The position numbers and the translations under genes were made by a program. DNA of 64,000 nt from Balanoglossus misakiensis (Eukaryota; Animalia; Hemichordata): the NCBI GenBank assembly GCA_040954595.2, contig CM082576.2:5492760-5556759 (forward strand), in the 5' to 3' direction. This document shows positions 53,533-64,000 of the stretch, one piece after another (position 1 is the stretch's first letter; each line of letters opens with the position of its first letter). Below the pieces are notes generated by a model. The model searched no databases. It was not told the origin of the DNA and was given only the letters and a program-made list of their open reading frames with translations.

Positions 53533-54856
53533 CTAATCATATAATTACAGTCAATTTTTCCTACACCACATAAGGCAGCCTCTCCCTGAGTGTCAAGCTC
53601 AACACACAAACTGTACTGTGAAAAAACATAGGTCAGTATTGACTCGTCGTTGGTGGCGCAATCACTTGCCCAGTTGCCAAATGACTGCCTTTCAACGGTT
53701 TGTACACTGCATAGATGAGAATCTATGTCAACCTTACAATAAAATGGAGCCTTTGCTCATGACTTGACAAATACACATAAGATACAGAAACAGATGCAAG
53801 GAAATTCACTACACTTCATTAAAAACATTTCTTCCAAGGATTCAAAAATTCGCAGCATTGGCTAAAACATAAGGTATCTGGCATTTTTAAAATGTACATT
53901 CTCCAAGTTTCCATCGACACACTAAAATCATCTTGAATACTAAAATATCCAATATTTCAAAAAAGAAAATAACATTCATGTTACAAATTTTCATTAAATT
54001 CCAAATCTCTTGAAAATTGATTGTCATCAGGTATTGTGGATCTGTGAGCTGATCTCAAACAGGTGAACTCTAATATTATCATTCACTGACAAAGAATTTT
54101 GCATTGTGTATGCAGACTATATTTGGCATTGATGATTATGTAAACAAATCTTTATACCATACAAAACTGCTAGAGTACACATGTACTTTCAACAAGTAAT
54201 ATTTACAGGAACTATACAGATATAGAGTTTTCAAGTCCATATCTCTACCTACAGATTATAAGAACAAGAACCATTGTTGAAGGTCTCATTTGGAAATAAA
54301 TTTTACATCAAAATATATATTTTTTTCTGTTGTAATTACCCTGTTAAACAGCCCAATAAGTTTTGAAGAAAATCTGGAGGAAGCTATTTGACAAATAGGA
54401 TAGTGTATGTTACTGAGAGAAAAGATTCACTTTTCAAGTACTAGTAGCTGTATCATAAATATTGACCCAAAGTGACGAATTCAGTGAACTTGGCTATTAA
54501 AGCCACCAAATTACTGCTGTGAGTCAAAACCAGGAATGTCATTACTCGTCATTTTAGCAATGGATATGTTACTTAGCAACAACATCTCCATATCTACCAC
54601 AGAACTTCTTAAATGACCTATAGTGTACTTTCTGAGCAGCCCTGTCTCACTTTGTGAAATCACGGTCCCTCTGGTAAAATGAACCACTGAGTTGCTCTTT
54701 CTTCAAAATGTGTCAAGCAAAGTGTTTACATTTGTCAGTGACAGATGAGTTGTCTTTCTACACATCCTTGAAAATCAAGTCTTGAATTCTGAATAAACTT
54801 CTGCCATCTCCTATATATTGCCTCAACCATGTCAGGATTTGTATTTTAAAAAGCAA

Positions 54857-55121
54857 TTAAAACCCTTCCAGGTCAAGTTCTTTTCTATGTCTTTGCACAT
54901 CGCTGTACTTCCTGGTTATTCTGTCCATCAAGGAAAAGCCCACATTGGAGGCAAACATCTTGGCAATACTATCGTGTCCAGCTTTGAGCGCCAAATCGTA
55001 GGGCGTTATGCCCTTGTCGTTCTTGATCTGAGGGTCAGCCCTGCATTCCAGCAGAGCTTGGATGACCTTCTTGGCTTTGTGACCTTTCAGTACAGCTTCG
55101 TGCAATACAGTGTTGCCTCTC
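54857..55121 (-). CDS. DZANK1: DZANK1-like terminal exon (ankyrin)
   Basis: RGNTVLHEAVLKG...ADPQIKNDKGITPYDLAL...LDLEGF stop. Confidence 0.92.
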
Positions 55122-58100
55122 CTGTGAGACGGGTGTGGAATGGAAGAGAATAAAAGTGTGATGTAAATGTCACATTCTATTATTGCAAATATCTTCAGGT
55201 CAATTGGGGAAAGTGCAGATATGACATGATATAGCCTGTACAAAGGGTACCAACTTGTCATACAGTTCATCAGAAACATTTTATTTATGTTGGTCACAGA
55301 TCTATCACACCACAGAAGTTGCAATAGTTCTTTTTCAAGCAGAAAAACAGAAATGATTGATCACACTGAAATATCAACAACGGGGATCTATTCAATAGAA
55401 CTAAACCCTGTATAAGTTACTACAGTAGAGGACATGATTCATACTCACGGTCCAAATTTCATATTGATCTTGGCCTGACCGTCTACCAGTACAGGTATAC
55501 AGTCAATATGTCCATTTAGTGCTGCGATTGCCAATACTGGTATACCTGCATTGTTTTCAACATTTGGATCAGCACCCTGCAAAAAGCACACCAAGAACTT
55601 ACTCAAACATTGTTCGAGTTTACAGCAACTGAACTTTGTGTCAAGATTTTATGCAAACATGTTCTGGGCTGGAAATGCTTTACTTGCAGAATATCAGAGC
55701 TTGTTTCATGGTCTATATATTGACCTCTGACCCCTACCTCATCCAATAGGTGCTGGACTTCTTCCGGTCTGCCGTCTCCCGATGAACCTAATTCTTTGAG
55801 CAACAGTCTCTCTTCAGGCTGAAAAGTCAATTTGAATATATGACATACTGATAGTCACGTTCTTAGGTTAAATCAAGCAAGAGGTTACATCAAATGGCAT
55901 TAAAAATAACAGCCATCAAAAGATGGATGTGTACTTCTCTGCCTAACCATTCACCTGAATACTACTAGCTTTTCTAGATTACTAGATCAGTGATTCACTC
56001 TATACTCTCACAGAGTTACTACTGAATTTTTTTATCTGTTAAGAACTTACCTGCAGCTTTTCTTCATGGTTTCTTTCTCTTTCTTCTGATGCATGCCTCT
56101 TTCTGATGCTCACAATGGGTCTCCTCTTGTTTCGTCTGCTCACTTTCTTCTTGGGTTTCGCTTGGGAATCATTTGACTCTAAGATATCCAAAAGACAGAA
56201 AAATAAACATTTTTTTCCATTCTTTTCTGAGTAATTAAAATGTGTTTGTTACCATCATGTTTAACCATTGACTCCGAACACTGTCGATATTTGATTTTTG
56301 ATATCATACATAAATTGGTCATTGATGTTTGTTGCTATGGTTATATCACAAACACGACAAAACAACCCTTCACCAAGGCAGTTGTAAAGAGAAGTATCTG
56401 AATACTCACGGTAACTGTAGACACTGCTGCCTTCATCACTGTAATACTCCCTCTCTCTAGTTGCAAATAATCTTGATCCTGTTGAACATATCCATGTACA
56501 CAAAATCAATCAATCAAGTCCTGCATTGGAAATTTTGGAGTCTAAAGGTGAGCTTTTCAGCACTTAAGTTTTCAAGTCTGAATATAATCATTTAAAATCA
56601 ACAACTAACCTGCTTTACCAGGATGTTTGTGTGTGTAACAAGGTCTGCTGACCACGTTTTCTGGGACGTGTACTTTTCTGAAGGTCACTGTGATACTGAA
56701 CTCATCTCTTTCATCTTCCACTGCGGCACCAATGATCTGAATCAGCATAAAAATAATGATTTTTATTCAACATTAACCCTTTCACCACCATGATTCAATC
56801 CCATTGAAGTCATGCAAATTAAGACACCCCCAAAACTGACTAGATTCAACCACACTGAATGATCCATCTCATAATCATATCACAAGTGCTACATGGTTCA
56901 AACATTTGAAAATACTCACCCTTGTCAACTTTGGTTCAGCAATGGCTGCCCTGAACTCTGCATTTTCCTCTGTAAACGCCTTGACGTGTTCACAGATATG
57001 AGTCACTTGTTTCTGCCAAAATCCTGTCCAGATACACAAAGCACAACATTCATAGTGTTTAGGATATGGTAAAACAATTTCTACAGTACCATGTATCCAA
57101 CAGATGTTCATCACCTCTAACTTACATGTCTAAGTATTAGAATGACTGTGTGCAGGGCACACTTTTTTGCATGGTCACCTACAAAAATCTGTGATGGGCT
57201 AGGTTTCAACTTCCGTGGAAACTGTGGCTTGAAGCCTCTATCAGTAAATGTCACAGAAAGCACTCACAAAGAAGTGTCCTAAGCTTTGTCTTGAATGTGC
57301 AGATTTTAGAATTACCGTACTATGTAGGTCTACCTTCCGAGACTCAGAAACTTACCCCTTCCAACACTAACATCTTCCAGTTTAGGTTTTTCTGCTTCTT
57401 TGATGCGCCTCAGCTCCTGCCTCAGTCGGTTCAACTCCTCGACCTCTGACCTCATGCGGTGTACCTGTTCGGGAGTTGGGAAGACTAGCCCAGTCGTCTG
57501 GGTGCCAACGGACTGCTTGTCAAATTTGTGCAGCGGCAATGCTATAGGACTGTCCCATGGCTGTACCTGAGCTGGTGGTGGAACCTAGAAATAGCAATAA
57601 GATACAGTGTTTTTTTTACGTATTAAAAAACAGAAACAGTTTGAGTTTGAGTTTCCAGGCACACAGTAAAACCCAGTAAAAACACAATGAAGCTAATAAG
57701 ACCTCCCCATAACTCTAACTGCATTTCGCCCTGAGTAGACAAGACGTAACCACAGGCCATTAGCGCAATGCCACCAGACTCCTAATGCATTTTCCATTCG
57801 ACATCAACAGTGGGGTTTTTTTTTTTACACTGATGAGCTTTGTCATGAAACTGCAGTAAGTGAAATCAGTCGCTAAGTTGACTCTCAGTTTTCATCCGAG
57901 AGACAATATATATCGGCTGGCAACCCCCCAGGCATTTGAGATTTTCAATGATGCATGTCAGTCTTGGATTTCCACAGACATCACGTAATCACGTTACCCA
58001 GTTAATACGTTTCAGCATTTTTTCTTTTCTTCTTCAAGAGGCATTAGACTCTAAAGGTCACTACACAAACAGGGATAGTTACTCAGTTTTCAGTCATTGC

Positions 58101-61100
58101 CTGCCATTTTGACATTTACTGAAGAAACCATGCACAACTATTCTATCAAACTGAAATTAGAAAGACAGAAACACTGCTCACCATCTGGTGTGGTTTGCCA
58201 TTAATCCAGTACTGAGATTCTGCAACAGTTGGTCGACTGGGATATTCTGTTGACATCACCACTTGTTTACTGTAAACAAAAACAACAAAATGGCAACAGA
58301 GCTTAATATTTTTATCGGAATCTGAATGTAACACGACACTAAACAAACCGCCTGGCCTTTTGTCATTCCGATCAGATTATGCAGCTAAAAGAAGACTATT
58401 AGATTGCACCTACTTCAGAAAATCTCTGTCTTTGGGTCCAACACCGGGAACTGGGTAAACGGGTACTGCAATGGTGTTGTTGACAGGAGGCTGCAATGCA
58501 AAAAAAAAAATAAAGTCACCTTGCGTTGGTAAATGTATGAGGAAAATACAACACCATATATTATATCAAACAAAAGAATGATCTGCATATGATACATTTT
58601 TGGAAATATAGAGCACATTATCAACATACTGATGTACAAACCAGTGGTAACCAGCTCGAAAATGTCAAAAGTCACCACAAGTTACAGAACTGCAATCTCC
58701 CAAACATAATACAGCACAGGCAAGGCTAAGGATAATTCCAGGAAAACACACCTGTCCAATGTAGTCATATCCGTTCTGCACTGCAGATGAGTAAAATCCA
58801 GAATCACCCGTCCTCACGTGGGTGTTGTCGTGGAGACGTAACCTATGTAAATCAAGTGATGCATCTACGGACCTTCTTCGTAATGGTGATGGCGATCTTG
58901 ATCTTGGCCTGGTGATCATTAAAGGTGGCGACCGTGACCTGTGTCTCATAGGTGGAGATCGCGACCTTGGTCTTGTTGGATTCTGTATGACGAAGAGTTG
59001 TATGCATATGTGTAACTTCAAGGCAATTAATGTTGGAGAGAAATGCCAAGTAATTTGTGTTTATATGGTTTCATATCTCCAAGGGATACTTGATACACAC
59101 AGCCACAAAATATGCCTTCCAGGGCGACTTAGTTTGCATACCCAACATCCCAAAGCAAATATATATTTCCAAACCAAGCTGATCGTACCCCACCTTACTC
59201 GCTACAATCACCATAAATACTTTTATGATAACAGCTTTCTGGTTTCAAAAATAAATAAATTTCCAAAATTCTGAAGTTTTTTTTTCCTTTTCTGTTCACA
59301 TTCTGTGACTTTACAGAAGATGCTGGAACAGACCATGAAAAGCAAAACTCTTTACCAGACTGGCATGTTTACAAATATAAATATAAAAACAACACATACT
59401 TTGATGTATGCAAATTGAAAGTTTCTTTCGTCATCTTCCGTGTTTCTGTAATTCTCCATTTCCCGGATGTCATCATTTGCATCAACCTGGAATGTTTTGG
59501 TGACAATCTGACTCTCATGTAGACCATTTCTATAAAGCAGGAAAAAAAAGATGAATATGCAGTATTTGTATCCAAATGTTACTATTAAAATATGCCCCTT
59601 CTGGCACAATAACCTCAAATACAGAAAGGCACATACATCTGCACAGATGCACACACAAACACACTTTGCAGGTCGACTTCATCCTTATTACTCTCCCCAC
59701 TGTTACCATGGCGATAAATAACACCTTACATCAACAATACAGCCCTATAGAAACCCAACCATTTGAATGAAACGTATTCACTTAATCGATACAAGTACTA
59801 TCACTACATCCATTCTCTCTGTGATGTGATGTGTCTCACTGGTGCTCCTATACAAATTAACTGTGAAATGTCAGAAGGCATTTGCACAGAGATGTTCGGG
59901 GGGATTCCTTGGAGAATTGATATCATGATATGGATGTCTACAATTTAAAGTTTTGTTGCACTGGCATGAATAATGCTACCCGGTACTATATATATAATAT
60001 GTAGTAGTTTTCTGGCATTTTCCCCCTGTCTTTGTTAATTACTGAGTGTCGAGTTTAGTTTGCTGTTTAATAACTTAGCAAAATAAAATTTGTTACATCT
60101 GGTACAGATGACGCACATTTCTGTTTGCACATTATGGCAACATAAGATCAATTCTGACAAGTCAGTACGGTAGTTTTTCATCGCACTACAACATTAACTC
60201 ATTAAGTTCATGAATAAACCATGGTATAGGTGGAATGGCTCATTACAGCCCGGTTGTTACAATTTTCCTATATTATTTCAGGGTTTTCAAACAAAATAAA
60301 TTGGCATAATGTCATTTCAATGGATAGTCACAAAATTACATAATGGATACTAGATTCCTCACTACTATTAGAAGAATCAGAAATCAATAAAATTCTACTG
60401 ATCTCAATCCATGTGTGCGAGCTAAAACCTTTTTACCATTATTAACTTATTTTTGTTTGCACAAATGCGTTGCAAAGACAAGATGATTGTTTTCAAGTGG
60501 TTGTCAATTATGAGCAAACTAAACCTGTACCTTACAGATGCCTAATGAGAATGTGACATCAAGCACTCTATACAAATGGTTGTATAATATTTCCTCCAAA
60601 CAGATTTATGAGATATCATAACAGACCAATCTCCCAACTGATGTTGATTCCGTACGATATTAATAGTAGCGCATCTCATGCCCTTATCTCAAGACTCCAT
60701 CACCATGTCCACACGGGCGGCACAAGATGAATTGATGTTATCTCCCTAACATTACTGTAAGTCAATGCCATCTTCTGTCATCAATACTCCACTATCATTA
60801 TGAAAAATCTTTCAAGGTTGCTGAAATTTGCAAAAGTTGTTAACCCGAAGTTGATACATCCAGGCATGTCCATCAGAAACATGTGTGTATTCAGAGCTGA
60901 TGAAAAAATTCTGCAGCAGTCCCCTGATATACGACAACCAATTAGTGAAGTGGACAACAGAGCTGAAAGAAAGACCACTGTTGTTATGGTGAAAGCAATC
61001 AAGTGGTTCTCGTAGCTCTAAACTCACAAATTGGATTTTGCTATTAAAATTTAATACAGTCACGCAAATTCATCTATTGCAGGTCTGCCGTTTACATTGA

Positions 61101-62771
61101 GTTGTTGGCCTCCTGATAAATCAGTCATTGGCAACACAAGGTATTGATGTCAATTCATGAAACACAACCGCTGGAGAATTTTACAAAAAGGCTTTCAGCA
61201 AAAAAATATATATATATATTCCCAAATTATTTTAATTTTTTACTCACTTCAACGACTGTGATTACAGAAACATTACAATATGTTAAATTAAAAGAAACAT
61301 CCGTGTTTAATTACTTGCATGTAAACCTGAATTTCAAAATGGACATTTTTTATATTCTCTGTGTATCACAAAAATTAACACCAAGGGTAATGTCCATGTC
61401 AGTCAGATATAAATTCATATAATTCATTCAATCATGGAGCAATCAATCAATGATTCATTATCCCTGCTGTCAAAAGCAGCGCTTTCAGACATCCATCACC
61501 AATGTTAGATTTTATAATTGTGAGAACTGACACATTGCCCCATTTAATGCAAGATTTACAGGTGCTGCGATATGTCAAGTGTATCCGTAGACTAAAACAA
61601 ACATTTCTGTCGATATAAATAATTAAAGAAATGCATCCCGCAATGAACATTTGAGGCAGAGTTACTTACTCCTGCCCTTCCATTTCGAACTCTCACCTCA
61701 CTTTGTTTGCCATCAGAGTCTACTGCAGCTAATGCACTCGGCTTAAAAGGTTAGGTAAAAGGGTGGATAAACCTTAAACAAAAATATGTGTACAGACAAG
61801 GGCAGATAAACTATTCAAATCAAATATTTTAAATACATGTATGCACATTAGCAAGCAGCAGACAACATTTTCATTTAGCATTTACAGAATCAAAGCTATC
61901 AAAACTCATTCATTCATATTTTGATGTTTTTCAAGTGAAATCTCAAACGTGATGTTATAATGATGGCTATAATCTTATACCAAGTTTCACACTGTGGCTT
62001 CTTTCAAAGAATCTAAGGAAAGGCGTGATTTAGAAAAAAATTCTGTCGACAACTGAGAAGGGGATGCCCTGAATATTTAACAGCACAATGTGATATTTCT
62101 GTGTGTACATAAAAAACCACATACAATCTCTTGCAATGCCCTCGGGGTATGCATAGTTACATTTGTACTCAAGTAGCATGTGGGCCAAGATCTGCACAAA
62201 ATTGTTAGAATTCAACCAGTCAAAATGACTTCAGTTCCACCAATTCCCAACGGGATACTGATGCAATGCAAAAGCTTTAGTTTGTCGTCTTTGCAGGAAG
62301 ATGACATCAGTGAACTACTGATGCAAAACTAAATGATGGGTTTACAGTCGCATGTAGCTTTAGTAAATATTACCATGGTTACCAGTGCATCTCACATTTT
62401 ACTCTTTAATGTAAAAGGATCTAAAAACCAGCGCTTTCTTCTGCTGTCACTTTCACTCAATGTGCATGAGTAAACATGCACATAGAAATGTACATATTCC
62501 TATCATATATTTATGCTTTTATTTTTGGTCAATTCCTTGGATTTTTGTGTGTGTTCATAAGAACACTGTACAGTAGCAGTCAGTGTGACCCACTTCATTC
62601 CAATGCAGGCCTTCTGTACTTACTTGGTAACAGCTAAGGCTTTGATCATCCTCTTGCCTTCTCGTAGTGTAAATGGTCTCTTGTATTTCAGTGTTGTTTT
62701 GTTGAGTACTCGCTGGAACGGATCAGGCTTTGTGCCATTGGTTGTGTAGAAGATTTCCACGCCAGGTGTCT
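54857..62771 (-). CDS. DZANK1: DZANK1-like ankyrin repeat protein lacking zinc ribbons; 5' end apparently truncated by window
   Basis: Exons 62771-62624, 59529-59400, 58982-58752, 58490-58414, 58269-58182, 57584-57356, 57023-56920, 56736-56610, 56478-56410, 56178-56051, 55818-55738, 55576-55449, 55121-54857 join in phase. Recalled DZANK1 blocks match: IFYTTNGTKP..KALAV..IVTKTFQVD, GTQTTGLVFP, GRGFWQKQVTHICEH..EFRAAIAEPK, ERLLLKELG..LLDEGADPN, GNTVLHEA. Confidence 0.88.
55449..55576 (-). CDS. DZANK1: DZANK1-like exon (ankyrin)
   Basis: GADPNVENNAGIPVLAIAALNGHIDCIPVLVDGQAKINMKFG. Confidence 0.92.
55738..55818 (-). CDS. DZANK1: DZANK1-like exon
   Basis: PEERLLLKELGSSGDGRPEEVQHLLDE. Confidence 0.9.
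56051..56178 (-). CDS. DZANK1: DZANK1-like exon (basic region)
   Basis: SNDSQAKPKKKVSRRNKRRPIVSIRKRHASEERERNHEEKLQ. Confidence 0.8.
56410..56478 (-). CDS. DZANK1: DZANK1-like exon
   Basis: SRLFATREREYYSDEGSSVYSY; phase 1-1. Confidence 0.7.
56610..56736 (-). CDS. DZANK1: DZANK1-like exon
   Basis: IIGAAVEDERDEFSITVTFRKV...; an alternative in-phase donor lies 9 nt earlier. Confidence 0.8.
56773..56806. mobile_element. Isolated terminus of the same piggyBac-type MITE family
   Basis: TTAACCCTTTCACCACCA, identical to the left end of the 52464 element; no matching right end seen. Confidence 0.55.
56920..57023 (-). CDS. DZANK1: DZANK1-like exon
   Basis: GFWQKQVTHICEHVKAFTEENAEFRAAIAEPKLTR. Confidence 0.9.
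57356..57584 (-). CDS. DZANK1: DZANK1-like exon (TQT motif, coiled coil)
   Basis: VPPPAQ...KQSVGTQTTGLVFPTPEQ...EKPKLEDVSVGR. Confidence 0.87.
58182..58269 (-). CDS. DZANK1: DZANK1-like exon
   Basis: KQVVMSTEYPSRPTVAESQYWINGKPHQM; strong splice sites; phase consistent. Confidence 0.75.
58414..58490 (-). CDS. DZANK1: DZANK1-like exon
   Basis: PPVNNTIAVPVYPVPGVGPKDRDFL; phase consistent with neighbours. Confidence 0.7.
58752..58982 (-). CDS. DZANK1: DZANK1-like exon (RS/P-rich)
   Basis: NPTRPRSRSPPMRHRSRSPPLMITRPRSRSPSPLRRRS...DYIGQ; 231 nt; phase 0-0. Confidence 0.8.
59400..59529 (-). CDS. DZANK1: DZANK1-like exon
   Basis: NGLHESQIVTKTFQVDANDDIREME...FAYIK. Confidence 0.87.
60800..61015 (+). 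CDS. Candidate nested small ORF (71 aa) with mitochondrial-presequence-like N-terminus
   Basis: True ATG with A at -3; first 33 aa contain 7 K/R and no D/E; ATTAAA at 61043-61048; no recognised homology. Confidence 0.3.
   Translation: MKNLSRLLKFAKVVNPKLIHPGMSIRNMCVFRADEKILQQSPDIRQPISEVDNRAERKTTVVMVKAIKWFS
62624..62771 (-). CDS. DZANK1: DZANK1-like exon (N-terminal Fn3-associated-type domain)
   Basis: TPGVEIFYTTNGTKPDPFQRVLNKTTLKYKRPFTLREGKRMIKALAVT. Confidence 0.9.
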
Positions 62772-64000
62772 CTGAGAATACATTTAAATTACACAGTAAA
62801 TAGGGTTGTCCAGGAAACATTAAAATTGAGGTTACAAGTGAGTGATTTTTTAAATGGTGCAAATTTGATAGAATTAGGTTGCGAATGATACTGCCAGCGA
62901 TTCACTGGGATTAACAGGCTATTCTCCGTTTCAATTTCAAATAAGGATACTGTGGCCGCTTTCGTTCTGAGTGAATGCCAATTTCTGAAACAGGGAAACA
63001 TGACCCATTTGCGGAGAACATTATCCACTTTTCATACTGACAGAACAACAGTGACATGCACACAGCTCCCTTCTGAAAACTGTGTCAACTACAAAAGAAG
63101 CAGCCAAGCGTCGCAAACTGCAGGCATAGTGACATCAATCGTGTCGTGAATTTCCTTTATTAAGCGGATCTCAAAACAATTGGGGTGACATTTTCTATAA
63201 AATTCAACTGTGGCAATTTGCTGCCAGTTCAACTGGAAAAAGCTTAGCTACATGTTTTTGTTGGGATGGGAGGAAGAATTATTAAATACGGATAAAGTAC
63301 AAATGGGCGAGGGATCAGTACATTGTATATTATCAGGTTATATCCATACATGAGTCTATTCATATTCCATGGTCAAGGACATGATTGTATAGAGGTAGAA
63401 TTGACAACTCTGAGGACACAGATTAAGAAATCACCATCAAAATACAATGCCTTGATAACAAAATATAAACACTTTTAACCAGAGAAAACCTAGTACCGGC
63501 TGAGTTTTGGTCTTTCTAAAAGGTTTCTGTGATAACCAGGGGAAGTTGGGCTAAATAATTAGAACACTGCTTTAATTCAAACAGTAGTATAAACCCTGAC
63601 TAGTTGGCCCGGCTACAGACAGTCATTGTTTGTCAAGTTATTGTCATTCTTATACAACTAGGTGTATAGGATGGTGGCAATTCTGGCCTCTGCTAGAAGC
63701 CAAATACCATGATTGCTAGACAGCCTTGGTGAATAAATCAAACAATTTCCCAGTGGGCTTAAATTTATGTAGCTAGGATCTATATAAGGGTTTATTGTGA
63801 GGACGCCTGGAATGTACTATGAATGTCATGTGTATCAAAGCTTTTTGCTTGCTCATTGGTGTGTAAACCACATCCATAGGCAGAAATATAATACAACTTG
63901 GAAGTTTTATTGAAGAGCAGCCATTTGTAAACTCTGAACTTGAGTGATATAGGAAATTACGCACGGTCACTCAATGTGACTGAATGGTACCAGGAAGCAA

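Noticed and set aside
58822-59274. 150-aa plus-strand ORF with GGDRDL repeats
   Set aside because: Reverse-strand reading of the RSRSPP exon of the DZANK1-like gene
62880-62970. EIETENSLL, resembling the DZANK1 first-exon peptide
   Set aside because: No phase-1 donor to join the 62771 exon and the rest of the N-terminal motif is missing; the real exon is probably beyond the window

Overview
Intron-rich animal genomic DNA, about 38% GC by eye. It looks like an invertebrate, possibly a deuterostome, but the taxon is inference only. I assembled three multi-exon genes by hand, checking GT-AG boundaries and phase at each junction. (1) A minus-strand polypeptide GalNAc-transferase of the GALNT2/14/16 subfamily starts at 16063 and runs off the left edge. 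(2) A complete 20-exon alpha-actinin lies on the plus strand (20608-49767, 897 aa), head-to-head with the GALNT. (3) A minus-strand DZANK1-like gene (62771-54857) has its first coding exon apparently outside the window. Most notable: the GALNT has two tandem homologous copies of one catalytic-domain exon (3098-3185 and 1348-1447) that can only be used mutually exclusively; the DZANK1-like protein lacks its zinc ribbons and has an RS/P-rich linker in that part of the protein; and a candidate two-exon 90-aa gene with a triple-CCAAT promoter sits between actinin and DZANK1-like. Also present: a possible nested mitochondrial-type small ORF, candidate alternative exons, and three kinds of MITE. Homology calls come from recall of family sequences, not from database searches.
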